64,000 nt of DNA from Amoebidium appalachense (lineage: Eukaryota; Protista; Ichthyosporea). Every line of letters starts with the position of its first letter. The stretch's first letter is position 1. The notes under the pieces are model-generated. The model was not told the origin of the DNA and searched no databases. It saw only the letters and a list, made by a program, of their open reading frames with translations. The position numbers were made by a program, and so were the translations under genes. The stretch lies in NCBI GenBank assembly GCA_963693365.1, contig CAVNZM010000003.1, positions 13,173,252-13,237,251 on the forward strand, given 5' to 3'. Below, piece by piece: positions 44,302 to 56,922 of this stretch.

Positions 44302-46318
44302 GATGAAAATACCCGGGAGTGTTCTTAGGGGACACCCGAATAACCGCAATTTGTACCACGGCAAGCCCCCAGTCATCAATTTATTGATCCGTGAGGTCCT
44401 GTGCCCAAAAAACGGGGGAAGTCTTCGCCCCGTGAAAAAACAGCACGTATGTGGGGATCAATGGGGGTTGAGTGTAGGGTGTAGGTGGGTGGGTGAAAAA
44501 GAAAATATAGCTGTAAAGCTGTAGGTGCTAAACACAGAAGATGTGTTGTTGCTTGCTGATCTGCTAAAAACTGTCGTGCTTATATACCTAAGGCTGCCGA
44601 ACTGAGCCAATCAAAACCGATCTAGTGTTATGTGAAATCTTATCCTGAGCCAATCAAACTCGGTCTAGTGATCTGTGGAATCTGATGTTTTGATCGGCTA
44701 ATAGGTGCCCGTATGCGGGCAGCCGAACGCGAACTGCTAAAACATGAAACGAAGCCTGTTGATATCGGACACCCATCCTACGTGTTTACCCAGAAAAATA
44801 TTTATGTCAATAATTTCCACAAATAAAACCTCTATGAAAACTACTCCGGGACGTGTGTTGCCTCTAGGGGGACATCCCCTTGGACGAAAGTGAACCTGCA
44901 ATGGTTGTAAACCACGGCACGAGAGCAGTATGCTTGCTCCAAAGGTTTCACTTAAGAATAGAGGCGAATACACGTGTGGTAGTGGCAGCAATGGAGGCCG
45001 GACGAAGTCGGGTATAGATCAGGAAACAGTCGGAGGACCACCTGCCGAGTTGTTTGATCCGGGAGTCGTCGACCCCGGCCTCAGCCAGTGCTGTGGCCCC
45101 CCCGATGCGGAGGCTGTGTCCGGCAAACCGGGAGGGTGAGAGGCCTGCCCGGGAGAGGAGGGCACGGAAGTCGGCAGAGAAAGCACTCTTGGTGTAGGGG
45201 ATGCCACCGAGACTGAAGAGGGGGTCGTCGGGTTGACCGGACGTTGTATCCAGGAACTGACGGAGGAGATGGGCTGGGGAGAAGTGGGTGAGGGGCAGGG
45301 CAGCTAGAGTGACGTTGACACCTCGGGCCTGTACATCCGTCTTAGAGGTTGGCAGGTGGAGGGTGGCATGGGACAAAGTACCGGTGGGGGTGTAGGTGAA
45401 GGTCACGTCTTTCCGTTTAACGTGACGGGACGGGTCGAAAGAAAGTCAGGGTCTTGGAGGTAAATTCCCCTGAACGGAGGAGACCACAGAAACCGACGAT
45501 GAGGGCCGTCCATAGCCGTAGATTGGCCGAGGAGGCCTTGGTAGGGCACTGGCCATGGAGTAGGCTGAGGTGGGAGGGCAGGAGGGGCTCCCTGGTGGAT
45601 GATCGGGGTCGGATGTTGTGAGAAAGCTGCCATCTGCCCACCCCTCGGAGGAACCAGGCCAGAGACTTGTCGTGGGGGTAGGGAGCAGGGAGGCCCATGT
45701 CGAGGTGGAGTCTGGTGATGGCCGAATTGTAGCCGGCCAAGGAAGAGGCCTGTACCCCTCGTTGGGCACACCAGGCGAGAAAAAGCTGCACGGTGTGGGG
45801 GGAGGCCGGGAGGGAGGACCCGGCGGAGGATTGCAGCCGAGATGCCACACAAAAATCGATGAATACTTTTTGCACCCGGGAGTAAAAGGCCCGAGAGTCG
45901 AGGTTGAGACTCAGGGCCTGGCATTCCTGCAGGGTAGTGGTGGCACGAAGCAGCTCGGCCGGAGCAAAGTGGGGGGCCAATCGGCCAGCGTTGCTCCGGA
46001 AGGGGAGATCTGGGGGGGGGGGGGGGGGGGTGAGCCCAGGGGAAGGGATAAGAATTTGTGGACCCAGAAGGGGAAGGGGCAGGGCCCGGTTGCAGGTAAG
46101 GTCGGAGTCGTTGGGTCCGGGGAAGTTGGTTAGGAGGAGCTGCGCGGCGAATGATTGGGCTGGGTAGGGGGGCCAGCAGCTCCCGGAGGCGGGAGGTGTC
46201 ACCGTGGTGTTGGGGCAGCGGGCGGGCCTCCGGGGCAGCGGGCGGGACTCCGGGGGCTGAGCCTCGGGGGAAGGGGTGGTTAGCAAGGGTGGGGCACCCT
46301 CGGGGAGATCCCGGCGTC

Positions 46319-46349
<31 letters not shown>

Positions 46350-48236
46350 CAGGGCCCCGGTGGGTTTAGAGTAGGGCAGCAGGGCCCGAGGGGTTCGCAG
46401 GGAGGGCAGCGGGGCCCTGTGCAGAGGATGCCCGAGCACGCGCGGGTGTGGGCGTACACAGAGTTAGAAGAAGGGGGGGGGAGGGAGTGCTAGGTGAGTG
46501 TAAGGGGGGGAGGCTCGTGGGATGGGGGGGGGGGGAGTAAAATTATGTGCAGTGGCCAGAATAACGTCTTTGTGTAGGGACATTTATTCTTGGCGCGCGC
46601 GGGCGCCGTAGTTGGCCAGCGAAAATTGTTACTCAGCCCTAGTGCCCCGTTTTTCCCGAGCTCCGTGTCCTTGGACCCGTGTAACCCAGCTCCTAGCCCC
46701 TATGTTCTATCTGTGGGTGTGGGTGTGCGCGTAGACTAGGCAATGTGCTTGCAGTCTTTGCGGGGGTGTGTGCCAGAGCAGAGCGGGCACACGTGGGAGA
46801 AGGGGCAGGGCTGCTTAGCGCAGGACCGACCGTTGTGGAAATTCCTGCAGTGTGTCGCGGGTAGATCCACGGGTCGGGCCGGTGGTGCCGGGCCGGGTTG
46901 CGGGCCGGGTCGGTTGGGGGTTTGGCCCCCGCCGGGCTTGTGGGGCGGCTCGAAACCATCAAGACCACAGCCGGGCTTGGGGTACATGGGGCAGGCCGCG
47001 CTGGGGTGGTCGGGGAAGCCGCAGCGCTGACATGTGTCCGGTATGAGCAGAGTGGGTGGCAGGAGGAGATCCTGGTGGAGTTGGGCGAGCAGGTTGGGAC
47101 ACTCGATCAGAGCCCGACCCTGCTGGTGGGCAACGGTTCGGGCGTATACGTCATAGTTGTGGATCTGGGCCCACGGGTATCGGGTGCTGAGGCGAGTGAT
47201 TGCTGAGTCAAAGTACGTTTTGTCCGTGGGGAGGCGAGGTGTTTGGCGGCCAGTAATGGGTCCAAGCTTGGATCCAAAGACGAGTGAAGAGGGGAAAGGT
47301 TGTTTGGCGAACAGTCTCGATGCTGCCGTCGTCGGCCATGCGCAGATGCTGACCTTTCTTGGATGGGGCCAGGAGGGCGGCGGGGGGAACTTATACAGGT
47401 CGACGAAACGATTGGCGCGCAAATCTGCCAGCACACCGCGGGGGAAGCGGGAGGTGCCCGGCTGAATGTCGCCAGTGTTCTCACCTGTAATGGGGGGCAC
47501 GGGCAGGGCAGGTAGATCCAGGTCAGGGCCGAGATGCAGCCCCAGGGAAACCGCCCCGGGTGCGGAGGGCGCGGCGGGGGGCGCGGGAGGGTCGCGGTTG
47601 GTGAGAGCGGCCAGGACGCCAGCCATCTGGGTGCTGATGGCGGTGAGGGCGGCAAGGACGGCGTCTTGAGAAGTCATTGGCGGGGACGGTGGGGCTGAGG
47701 AGGGACTCAGGAGTAGAGGGGAGAGTAGCCGGAGGGTCCGGGGTGGTATGGACGCTGGAGGCGCGTCAGTGCCCGCGGGAGCGTTGGTCAGCCTGTGGCG
47801 GAGGTCGCTGCGGGTCAGGCGCTTAGGTGCCGCGGCAGGGGCGGCGGCTGAGGCCTGGCGCTTTTCGGCGGCATGCTGACCGGCGTAGGGAAAGATAGGG
47901 AGAGAAAAAAGAAAATATAGCTGTAAAGCTGTAGGTGCTAAACACAGAAGATTTTTTGATTGCTGATCTGCTAAAAACTGTCGTGCTTATATACCTAAGG
48001 CTGCCGAACTGAGCCAATCAAAACCGATCTAGCGTTATGTGAAATCTTATCCTGAGCCAATCAAACTCGGTCTAGTGATCTGTGGAATCTGATGTTTTGA
48101 TCGGCTAATAGGTGCCCGTATGCGGGCAGCCGACGCGAACTGCTAAAACATGAAACGAAGCCTGTTGATATCGGACACCCATCCTACGTGTTTACCCAGA
48201 AAAATATTTATGTCAATAATTTCCACAAATAAAACC
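44302..48236 (-). mobile_element. Ngaro copy 3: divergent, internally deleted (lacks most of RT/RNase H)
   Basis: A and B repeats, gag and YR are retained with frameshifts. The junction near 46132 joins ...CAGCTCCTCC to TAACCAACTTCCC, removing ~1.4 kb (equivalent to ~36851-38267 of copy 2). Confidence 0.88.
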
Positions 48237-48971
48237 ATTCCCCCCACCCCAATTAAAAAACCACACCCAGTTAAAAGATATACTATCCGCTCGCATCGCC
48301 ATCTCGATCGACGGGGGGTGGCCCGGATCCACAGATCATCAAGATCAAGTCCGAGGCCTCAAGATAGCTGTACAGCTCGTGCATCTTCTCCGGCGAGGGA
48401 GGACGTCAGCCGGGGCAGCGAAAAGATAAGGAAAGTAGGAGGATAATTGGGAGAAGTGTATGGGTTGATAGTATATGTTGCAAAGTATTTATAATTGATG
48501 TAGAGGAAAGGGGGAGGGAAGGGGGGGGAGGAAGTATAAGTAATGAGGTGTAGGGGAGGGGAGGGGTGAGAAAGATAATAAAGTTGAGTGGGAGAGATTG
48601 GATGCATCGTAGGGGGCAGGTGATGATGATTTTGAGGGCACGGCCTTGATGGCCTCAGTTGTGACTTAGCCTCATTCCGTACGGATCTAAGTTTTGCCCG
48701 TCGGAGCCTGGTCTGAATAAACTTTACCGTTTTTCCGTACACGTTCGTTCCTTTTCTTGTGTGTACACTTAGTAGAGTGCCGCGTCTCTAGTACACACAC
48801 AATAGGATACGACAAGCTACACCTTTCTTTTAGTGCGGTTTTTCGCGCTAGGATAACGCGGTGACAGTTCCTTCTGGGCTGTTGCTACACCTCAAACACA
48901 CAGAAAAAAAAAAAAAAAAAAAAAAAAAAAAACATAAACACAACCACACGGGTTCGGGCACACACCACACA

Positions 48972-50200
48972 ATGGCTAAGTTCAACGTAGATATGTTCTA
49001 CGCATTGGCAGCGGAGGATAGCTCCCTGCACACACAGGTACCACAGGTTCATACACTAGACGTTAGACAGACCACAGCTTTCAGTTTTACACTCAAACAC
49101 GACTCGGAAATACCTAGGTGGCTTAGGACACTCCTAGCTAACACACCCACACTAGTGTTAGACACAAAGAAGGCCCCCACTGTGGCGGCCTCGTGCCTAA
49201 TGATCAAGCAGTGCATCGACCACAAGACAATGGCCGACCTATGCACCCTGATGGAGGAGCACCCGTACCGGGCCGAGCAGGCCCCCCAGGTGACGGCTCG
49301 TATATACGAGCAACAGTACGACGAGGGGAGGGACGAGATGGTGTCCCGGACGCTCGGCCAGAAACGTCTGGCCGCACGATTCATCCCCGACGACGAGGAC
49401 GAGAACAGCACCGACGACGTGGACGGGGAGCTGGAGGCCTTCACACGGCCGGAAAACGAGCTCGAGTATACGGCCCGGCTCGTCGGCCGATACCTGACGG
49501 CCGACCGGCGCCGTACCTTCCGGGCCCAGCTCAGAGAATGGAAGTATACCTTTCCCACTTTAGATATGTCCCCCGTAGAAGCTCGTGCATTCTTTGAGAG
49601 GGGAATATCGGGTCTTTGAAGACCTTTGTGAGTTAGCTGGTGACGTGAGTGATAGGGAAAAGTTCGAGTTTGCTCGTAAGGCTCTCTCTGTAAACACAGA
49701 CACTGCACGCATGTTTGGGGAGCATGATGATGAAGATGAGGTGGTGTTGCATGTTAAACGTCACTTGCTTGCCATGCACGAGGTGAAGTTCAATAAGAGG
49801 GATAAAAAGGAGGTGATGGAAGTAGACAAGAAAAAGAAGGAGAGTGGACAGAAGGGGGAAAAAGAGAAAAAGGAGGGTGAACAGCCAGATGCACTCACCA
49901 TGTTGGTCAAGCAGGTTGCCGAGCTCTCCCAGGCCGTCTTCTCTGGCCGAGGGGGCTTCGGCTTCCGGGGTGGCCGTGGCGGCGACCGGGGTGGACACGG
50001 CGGTCGTGGGCGCGGTGGACGTGGAGGACAACAGCAGCAGTTCACCGAGAGGTTTGCCCCTTATCTTGCTCGTGGTGGTGGGCAGGGTAGAGGGAGGGGT
50101 GGAAATGGTGGTGAGGAGGCCGAGGGGGGCAGGGGGGAAGGGGGGGCCGTGGTGCACACGGTGGGCCCCCCCAGCATGACCGGGCTCCCGGTTATGCTTT
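48972..50200 (+). CDS. Gag-like region of the Gypsy element (frameshift near 49600; RGG-rich tail)
   Basis: ORFs 48861-49619 and 49585-50532 lie between the 5' LTR and the protease. Confidence 0.6.
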
Positions 50201-50872
50201 GCGCCAAGGTTTTGAAGTCCCCCCTGGCCCCTTCTTTGGTGCATGTTACTTTTGTGGCCGGCAAGGGCACTCTGCTGAATATTGCCGTAGTTACAAGAGC
50301 TATTGAGTTCCGGGGGAGGGGGAAGCTGGGGTCACTGAGGGAGGGGGGGGGGACAGTATCGGTCCCCCCCAGGTTGCAGAGAACCTTCACCCTCCCCCAC
50401 CCCAGGTTAAGCTTCCCTTTGCCCCCTCACCGCCCCGATACGTGTGGGAGCCGGGCATCGTCGTGGGTCCTCAAGACAGCGTCGAGGTGGTATGGCATGA
50501 ATGTTTGTGGGGTGACTCCACCAAAGGTATGAATGGTGTGAATGTTTTGTGGTTGGGGGAGGTTCCCCAGCCACAAGTGGATGGTCTCAGTGTTTCTTGT
50601 CCCAACCCGGTGTTTGTTCTAACCACACCGGAGGGGGTTTCTGTGCCATTGTTTCCGGGAGGGGGGGGGACACACACGAGTAAAGGGGGAAGGGGGGGGA
50701 AGGCACAGACACGTAGAAACACACCACCACAACAACATACGACGGTTGCAGACACACCTACACCCACACACACACCCACACATACACCAAAACACACACA
50801 CACCACCCACCCACACACCACACACACACCCCTCCACCACCACCCACATCACATACACACCCCACCCCACCC

Positions 50873-51905
50873 GTGCAGGCACCACAGGTAGGTATGTTGC
50901 ACGTAGGTATCGAGGGTGTGAGTCTTCGTGGGCAGGGATTGGGTGTGAGTGATGATGTGTTGCTTGAATTGGAGGAGGATTTAGTTGGTTTTAGCCGGCA
51001 TTATATAGACGTATGGTTAGCTGATGGTAAGTTGAAGGCTGTTGCTTTGCTCGATGGAGGGGCTCAGGTTAATTGTGTGCATGCTTCGTTTATTCGTCGT
51101 TTTAATCAGGCCGGGGGGGAAATTCCTATTTTAGATGCTTCTAGCACAGCCTTAGGTAGTGCTAATAATAGTAGTATGTCTGTGGAAGGTGTTTGTGTGT
51201 TGCCGTGTGAGATAGGTGGCCAGGCTATGCATATTGCTTGTTATGTGGTTAAGGATTTAGCTCAAAGTGTGGGGAGCCCCAGGAGAAGGTGGCGGCATGC
51301 ATATTGCTTGTTATGTGGTTAAGGATTTAGCTCAAAGTGTTTTGTTGGGAGCCCCATTTTTCCGTAGACATGTGAATGCTTTGTTTGAACGTACGAATGT
51401 TTTAGAATTGCAGTCCGGCGTTAAAATTAAAACCCATGATGGGCTCGACGGTTATCAGTCTGGTGCTAGAACGGTAGCTGAAGTAGTAATCGAGCCTTAT
51501 CAGTGCCAAACGGTACGTGTCCGGGCCGGCAATCATGTTAGGATAGGGGATTTAGGGGTTTTTACTCCGAAAACCCCATTTCAGGAGGTGGCTCAATGGA
51601 CCCTTAGTAGGGTATGGCCGGATAAGACAATAGAAATAGAATTAGTGAATCCGGGCATCGAGCCTATAGTGATTAGGTCAGGTGTTTCCGTCGGTAGTTT
51701 CACTAATGAGATTGGTAGTATAGAGGTCTCTCTTATTACCCAAAAGGAGGATGCCGGCTCGAAGGGTGACTCAGGAGGAGGGGGAACAACTTTATTTAAC
51801 GTTAGCCACCAAAATGTCACCCGACACGATGGGGGGGGGGGACCGGGACAGCACCGGTCCCACTCCCCCGACCCCCAAGAGGAAGGAGGGTCACCCCGGG
51901 TGTGA
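50873..51905 (+). pseudogene. Aspartic protease plus adjacent beta-rich spacer domain, disrupted by a short duplication
   Basis: ALLDGGAQVN and VLLGAPF motifs; a ~44-bp duplication at ~51227 and ~51297. Confidence 0.75.
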
Positions 51906-52051
51906 GAATGTGCAGGCAGGGGGGGAGGGTGTTGGTCTAACCCGTGGATCTGACGGGTTAACCAACACCGTGGGGGGCAGGGTGGCCACAGACCTCAGGC
52001 TGGCCCCCCACATACATACACTAACTCATCAGGAATTGCCCGGGGGCATGG

Positions 52052-53745
52052 GTGTGCCGGGGGGAGGGGGGGGGTGCTAAGGGTGACCGCCTATATCCGG
52101 AGGTACCTCAACCTCACCCCGAGCAGCACCGATGTAATACAGGAGGTGAAATGTTAAGTGGCACTCCGGTGAATAAGGATGCATCCACTTGTGATGGGGG
52201 TAACCCGGAGTTAGTATTGCCGTTTGGTATGAAGGAGGGGGATTGGACGGTAGAACAGAAAAAATTGCTAGCTAAGTTATTTGATAGGACTCGGTTTGCA
52301 TTTCTGGCCGATGATAACGAAGTAGGCTTCGTTAAAGGGTTTGAAATGCAGATCGACACAGGTGATAATAGGCCGGTAGTGATGCCTAGCTATAGAATGG
52401 AGCAGTATAAATTGTCGGATGCGCTAATAATAGTGAGTGATATGTTAAAAAAGGGTCATGTGGAGCATAGTTCGAGTCCGTGGAGAAGTCCGGTGCTATT
52501 GGTTAAGAAGCCCGACGGGTCTTGGCGTCTAGTGAACGATTACAGGGCTCTGAATCGGATCACTAAGGCAGACCAATGGCCTCTCCCTAACATAGACGAG
52601 CAGCTTTCACAGCTGCACGGCTATACTCACTTTGCTAAACTTGATTTAAAAGCAGCTTTTTGGCAGATAAGGTTGGAGGAGAGCAGCAAGGAGAAGACTG
52701 CCTTTGCACTGGGTGACCAGCTGTTCCAGTACAAGGTGGTGCCGATGGGTTTGCTCTCCTCTCCAGCTATGTTGTGCCGGGTAATGTATAAAATTCTCCA
52801 CCCTCATTTGGATGTATGCCACCCTTATTTGGATGATGTTTTAATTAAAGGTAGGTCATTTGAGGAGTTAGTTAATAATTGTGAAAAAGTATTTTTAGCT
52901 TTGGGTGAGTCTGGTCTTCGTATTAGCGGTAGTAAGACTGTGATTGGTGTGCCGGAGGTTAAGTTTTTAGGTCATATTGTGTCTAGTAATGGTCTTTCCC
53001 CTGATCCGGAGAAAATCCGGGCCATAGTTGAGTGGCCCCGTCCTCAGACTGTCACTCAACTAAGGCAATTTTTAGGTTTAACTAATTATCTTCGTCGTTA
53101 TATTAAGGATTATAGTATGCTTGCTTTGCCGTTAACTAGTCAGACGGGGGGGGAGAAGAAGAATAGAATAGATTGGAATGTTGATGCTGTTTCTGCTTTC
53201 GAAAAGCTTAAGTTAGCTTTGCAGTCTTCGAGTATGCTTGTTCATCGGATCCTGATTTTTCGGCCGGGGGGGGGACGTTTAAAGTTCGGTGTGATGCAAG
53301 TAAGGTTGCTGAGGGGGCCGTGTTATATCAAGTGCAGGAGGGGCAGGATAGAGTGATTGCTTATGCTAGTCGTTCATTTAGTAAAAGTGAACGTAGATAT
53401 AGCAATCCGGAGAGAGAGTCCCATGCTATCTTTTGGGCAGTCTCACAGGCATGGAGGTATATACTCGCAGGCAGGACGTTTGAGGTCTACACCGACCACA
53501 AGCCCTGCCTAGCCATGGCCGGCACCACTCGTCTGGTCAACGAGAGGATGCAGAAGTGGGCCGCGGCTCTCGGTGAGTTCTCCTATAAATTGTTTTATGC
53601 CAAGGGTGAAACAATGGTTGACTGTGATGCTCTCTCTCGTGCTGCTTATATTTTGTTTGAAGAAGAGAAGGAGGGGGAGGGGGGGCTAGTGAGAGACGGG
53701 GGGGGAGGGGGGGGAAGGGGGGGGAGAGTGAGCAGAAAGGAATAG
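52052..53745 (+). pseudogene. Gypsy RT and RNase H (frameshifts near 53250-53300)
   Basis: SPVLLVKKPDGSWRLVNDYRALN, LDLKAAFWQI, VPMGL, YLDD, FLGH, IAYASR, YTDHK, DALSR. Confidence 0.92.
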
Positions 53746-53750
53746 ATGCT

Positions 53751-55631
53751 GTGTCTGTTGATGTGTCTTCTTGGGCTCCGGGGTTGCTTGCTTATAAGTG
53801 TAGGGGAGGGGGGGGGAGGTATTTGTCAGTGTCTGAGGTCGGGACCGAGTCTCATGGCTCGGCCCCTGCCTTAGCACCTACGGCTTTGATCTTAGCTCAG
53901 GAGGAAGATGTGTTGATTGGTCTGGTTAAGAATTATTTAAAGGGGCCGGTTGATTCGATTAAATTTAAAAATAAAAGGCAGATGATTAAGGTAGCTAAGT
54001 TAGCAAAAATGTGTCAGGTAGAGCAGGATTTAGTTTATCATTGTTCTGGGCCAGACGGACACCGAGTTTGGGTCCCGACGGCACTTGTGCCTGAGGTTTT
54101 GCATATGGTGCATGAGCATCCCATGGCTGGTCATTTAGGTGTAAATAGGACGTTGCTTCGTGTTAATCGTTCGTATTTTTGGCCGGGTATGAGTAGGGAG
54201 GTGAGGGATTATGTGTTGTCATGCATGCATTGTCAGGAAAGGAATGAGAGTCCCCACTCTCGTTCCCGCCCGTCGTTTATTAGGGATTTTAATGTTCGTA
54301 TGTTTGAAAGGGTAGCAGTGGATGTGGTCGGTCCTTTTAATTCTACGGTTGAGGGTAACACTGTTCTTGTTACCGTCACCGATGTGGCCACTCGTTGGGT
54401 TGAAGTTTTTCCTCTCCCCACTGCTAATGCCGTTTTGTTTGCTCGTATTTTTGTGGATGAAATTTGTCTTAGGTTTGGTTGTCCTCGTGTTTTGTTAACG
54501 GATAGGAGTCGTGTGTTTTTAAATCAGTTGGTGTCGGAGGTGTGTAAAATTTTAAGGGTAGCTCATATCACTACGTCTGCATATCACCCTCAAGCAAATG
54601 CCATCTCTGAACGTGTGCATGCAGTGTTTCAGAAGTCCTTTGGCAAAATGGTGGATGTGGAGGCTAATGATTGGGATCATATGTCTAGGTTTATTGCTCA
54701 TTCATATAATTCTACCCCTCATGCTGTGACTGGTTTTTCTCCGTTTTATTTGGTCTATGGGCAGGAGGCTATTAGTTTGTTAGATACGGCACTTTTGCCG
54801 ATGGGGGGGGCTGACCGACTAACTTATCCCCACTGGACTGAGTTCCGGGAGCAGCTACTAACCCGGGCCCGGGCTGCACGTGATGCAGCTCTGGCCCGTA
54901 CACAGCAGGCACAGACACGTGCAGACGTGTCCACACGTCCGTTACGTGAATTTGCCGAGGGTACTTTAGTTTTAATTAGGGATCATACTAGGAAAAAGAG
55001 ATATAAGCAGGAGCAGGAAGGTAAGGGTGAAGGTGAAGGTCTTCGTAAGTATGGTAAGAAATGGTTGCCTCTTTTCATTGGCCCGTATAAAATAGTGGCT
55101 AGGTTAGGTCCGACGGAATATAAGGTGCAGAGGTTAGATAATGAGAGTGATGTTAGATTTTATAATGTAGATGATATAAAGGAATATTATGATAGGGCCC
55201 TTAGGGTTAAACGGCCGGAGGGCCGTCGAGTGTTAGATGCATTCACCCCCGACTATGACGGGTCGGTGGATGTATCGGAGGCTGCAGTAGATAAAATTAT
55301 GGATAAAAAGGTTATCGAAGGTAAGGAAGGTAAGGTAAATTATTATTTAATTCGTTTTGAGGGAGGTTATCAGGAAGATCAGTGGTTGCCTGAGTTTCAT
55401 TTGGATTGCCCGTTTTCTATTCGTGCTTATGAGGCTAGATTAGTGCAGAGGGAGTTGCCTAGTGCTCCCTCTAGGCCAAAGAGAGTTATTCCTCAGTTTA
55501 ATCGTGGTGTGAAAAAGTCGGTGGGGGAGGGGGCCGGGGGGGGAGTGATGCAAATACACGTAGACACACGGGGGGAGGGGGAGGGGGGGAGGAGACCGAG
55601 GAGGAGTGTGAACGTAGTCGTAGGAATTTAA
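53751..55631 (+). CDS. Gypsy integrase with GPY/F motif and C-terminal chromodomain
   Basis: HEHPMAGH..CMHC, DVVGP, TDR, SER, IGPYKI, VDKIMDKK...YYLIRFEG...DQWLPE..L. Confidence 0.92.
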   Translation: MSVDVSSWAPGLLAYKCRGGGGRYLSVSEVGTESHGSAPALAPTALILAQEEDVLIGLVKNYLKGPVDSIKFKNKRQMIKVAKLAKMCQVEQDLVYHCSGPDGHRVWVPTALVPEVLHMVHEHPMAGHLGVNRTLLRVNRSYFWPGMSREVRDYVLSCMHCQERNESPHSRSRPSFIRDFNVRMFERVAVDVVGPFNSTVEGNTVLVTVTDVATRWVEVFPLPTANAVLFARIFVDEICLRFGCPRVLLTDRSRVFLNQLVSEVCKILRVAHITTSAYHPQANAISERVHAVFQKSFGKMVDVEANDWDHMSRFIAHSYNSTPHAVTGFSPFYLVYGQEAISLLDTALLPMGGADRLTYPHWTEFREQLLTRARAARDAALARTQQAQTRADVSTRPLREFAEGTLVLIRDHTRKKRYKQEQEGKGEGEGLRKYGKKWLPLFIGPYKIVARLGPTEYKVQRLDNESDVRFYNVDDIKEYYDRALRVKRPEGRRVLDAFTPDYDGSVDVSEAAVDKIMDKKVIEGKEGKVNYYLIRFEGGYQEDQWLPEFHLDCPFSIRAYEARLVQRELPSAPSRPKRVIPQFNRGVKKSVGEGAGGGVMQIHVDTRGEGEGGRRPRRSVNVVVGI

Positions 55632-56603
55632 TTTATTATCATAGGTGTCTCCGTAGGTATCAAGCTTATGGTGTAGATTAATTTATTATTTTTCTTCGTA
55701 ATTTATTTAATTTAATTTTTTTTTAGGAGACTGATTAGTCTATGTCTTTTTAGGGGGTGTTAGATGTAATGTGACTGAGGTGGGACTCAGCTTTTCCGGG
55801 GGCCGGGGGGGGAGTTGACATATACTAATCCGTCTCAGCAGATCAGCCTAAGTCTACGATCGAGATCGGGGGGGGGGGGGGGGGGGGGGGTGGCCCGGGT
55901 CCACAGATCATCAAGATCAAGTCCGAGGCCTCAAGATAGCTGTACAGCTGCGTGCATCTTGCCTCTGCCGGCGCAGGGCATGGACCACGTCAGCCGGGGC
56001 AGCCGACCAATAGAATTCTAATTAGTGTGTAGGATAGATCGTAGGAGGACTTAGGAATGTGATTGTTCGGGCAGAAGCCCTTTTGTAAGTATTGGCAAGG
56101 TTTGATAGTGTATGTTGCCAAACGTATTTATATATTTCGATGTAGAGGAAAGGGGGGAGGGAAGGGGGGGGAGGATAGTATGAAATGTAGATTTAGACTC
56201 TGCGGTGCCACTAGGGGGAGGGTGAGGGGTGAGACATGGATAAATATATTAGTTTGAGTAGATCGACTTAGCTCGTGCAGGCGCACGATAAAGTAGATCG
56301 GAATGTTTGGAATGTGGCATCGTAGGGGGGCCAGGTGATGATGATCTTTGAGGGCACGGCCTTGATGGCCTCAGTTGTGACTTAGCCTCATTCCGTACGG
56401 ATCTAAGTTTTGCCCGTCGGAGCCTGGTCTGAATAAACTTTACCGTTTTTCCGTACACGTTCGTTCCTTTTCGTGTGTGTACACTTAGTAGAGTGCCGCG
56501 TCTCTAGTACATACACAATAGGATACGACAGGTATTGCACCATGTCGACATCCATACGTGTTCCGTATGGTCACTTTATTAACTTCGGTTGGATAGTGGC
56601 ATC

Positions 56604-56703
56604 AAGCACACAAGTAAACAACACAACTAATATACCACCCCAGGTGGCATCCTACAGCACACAAGTTAACAACACAACTAACATACCACCCCAGGTGGCA
56701 TCC
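56604..56703. repeat. Tandem duplication of ~52 bp
   Basis: AGCACACAAGT.AACAACACAACTAA.ATACCACCCCAGGTGGCATCC occurs twice. Confidence 0.85.
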
Positions 56704-56922
56704 ATTCTCTACTATCTACTTTATCTCGCATCTCGTATCAACATTACTCTTATGCAAACAAAAAATACCAAAAAGAATCATGACAAAAAAAGAAGAAAAA
56801 AGAAGAAAAAAGAAAAAGAAAATTACCACACAAGCACAACAGGCTGGGCTGGGGCAACACAGAAACGAAAAACGGAAACAACAGCAGCCATAGGACAAAG
56901 AGCCGGTACCAACCTCTAGAGT

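Larger units (their letters stand above)
48278..56530 (+). mobile_element. Ty3/Gypsy LTR retrotransposon with integrase chromodomain, near full length, frameshifted
   Basis: LTRs at ~48278-48814 and 55816-56530 (TGACATAT...ATACGACA), PPT just before 55816, gag-PR-RT-RH-IN-chromo order. Confidence 0.9.
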
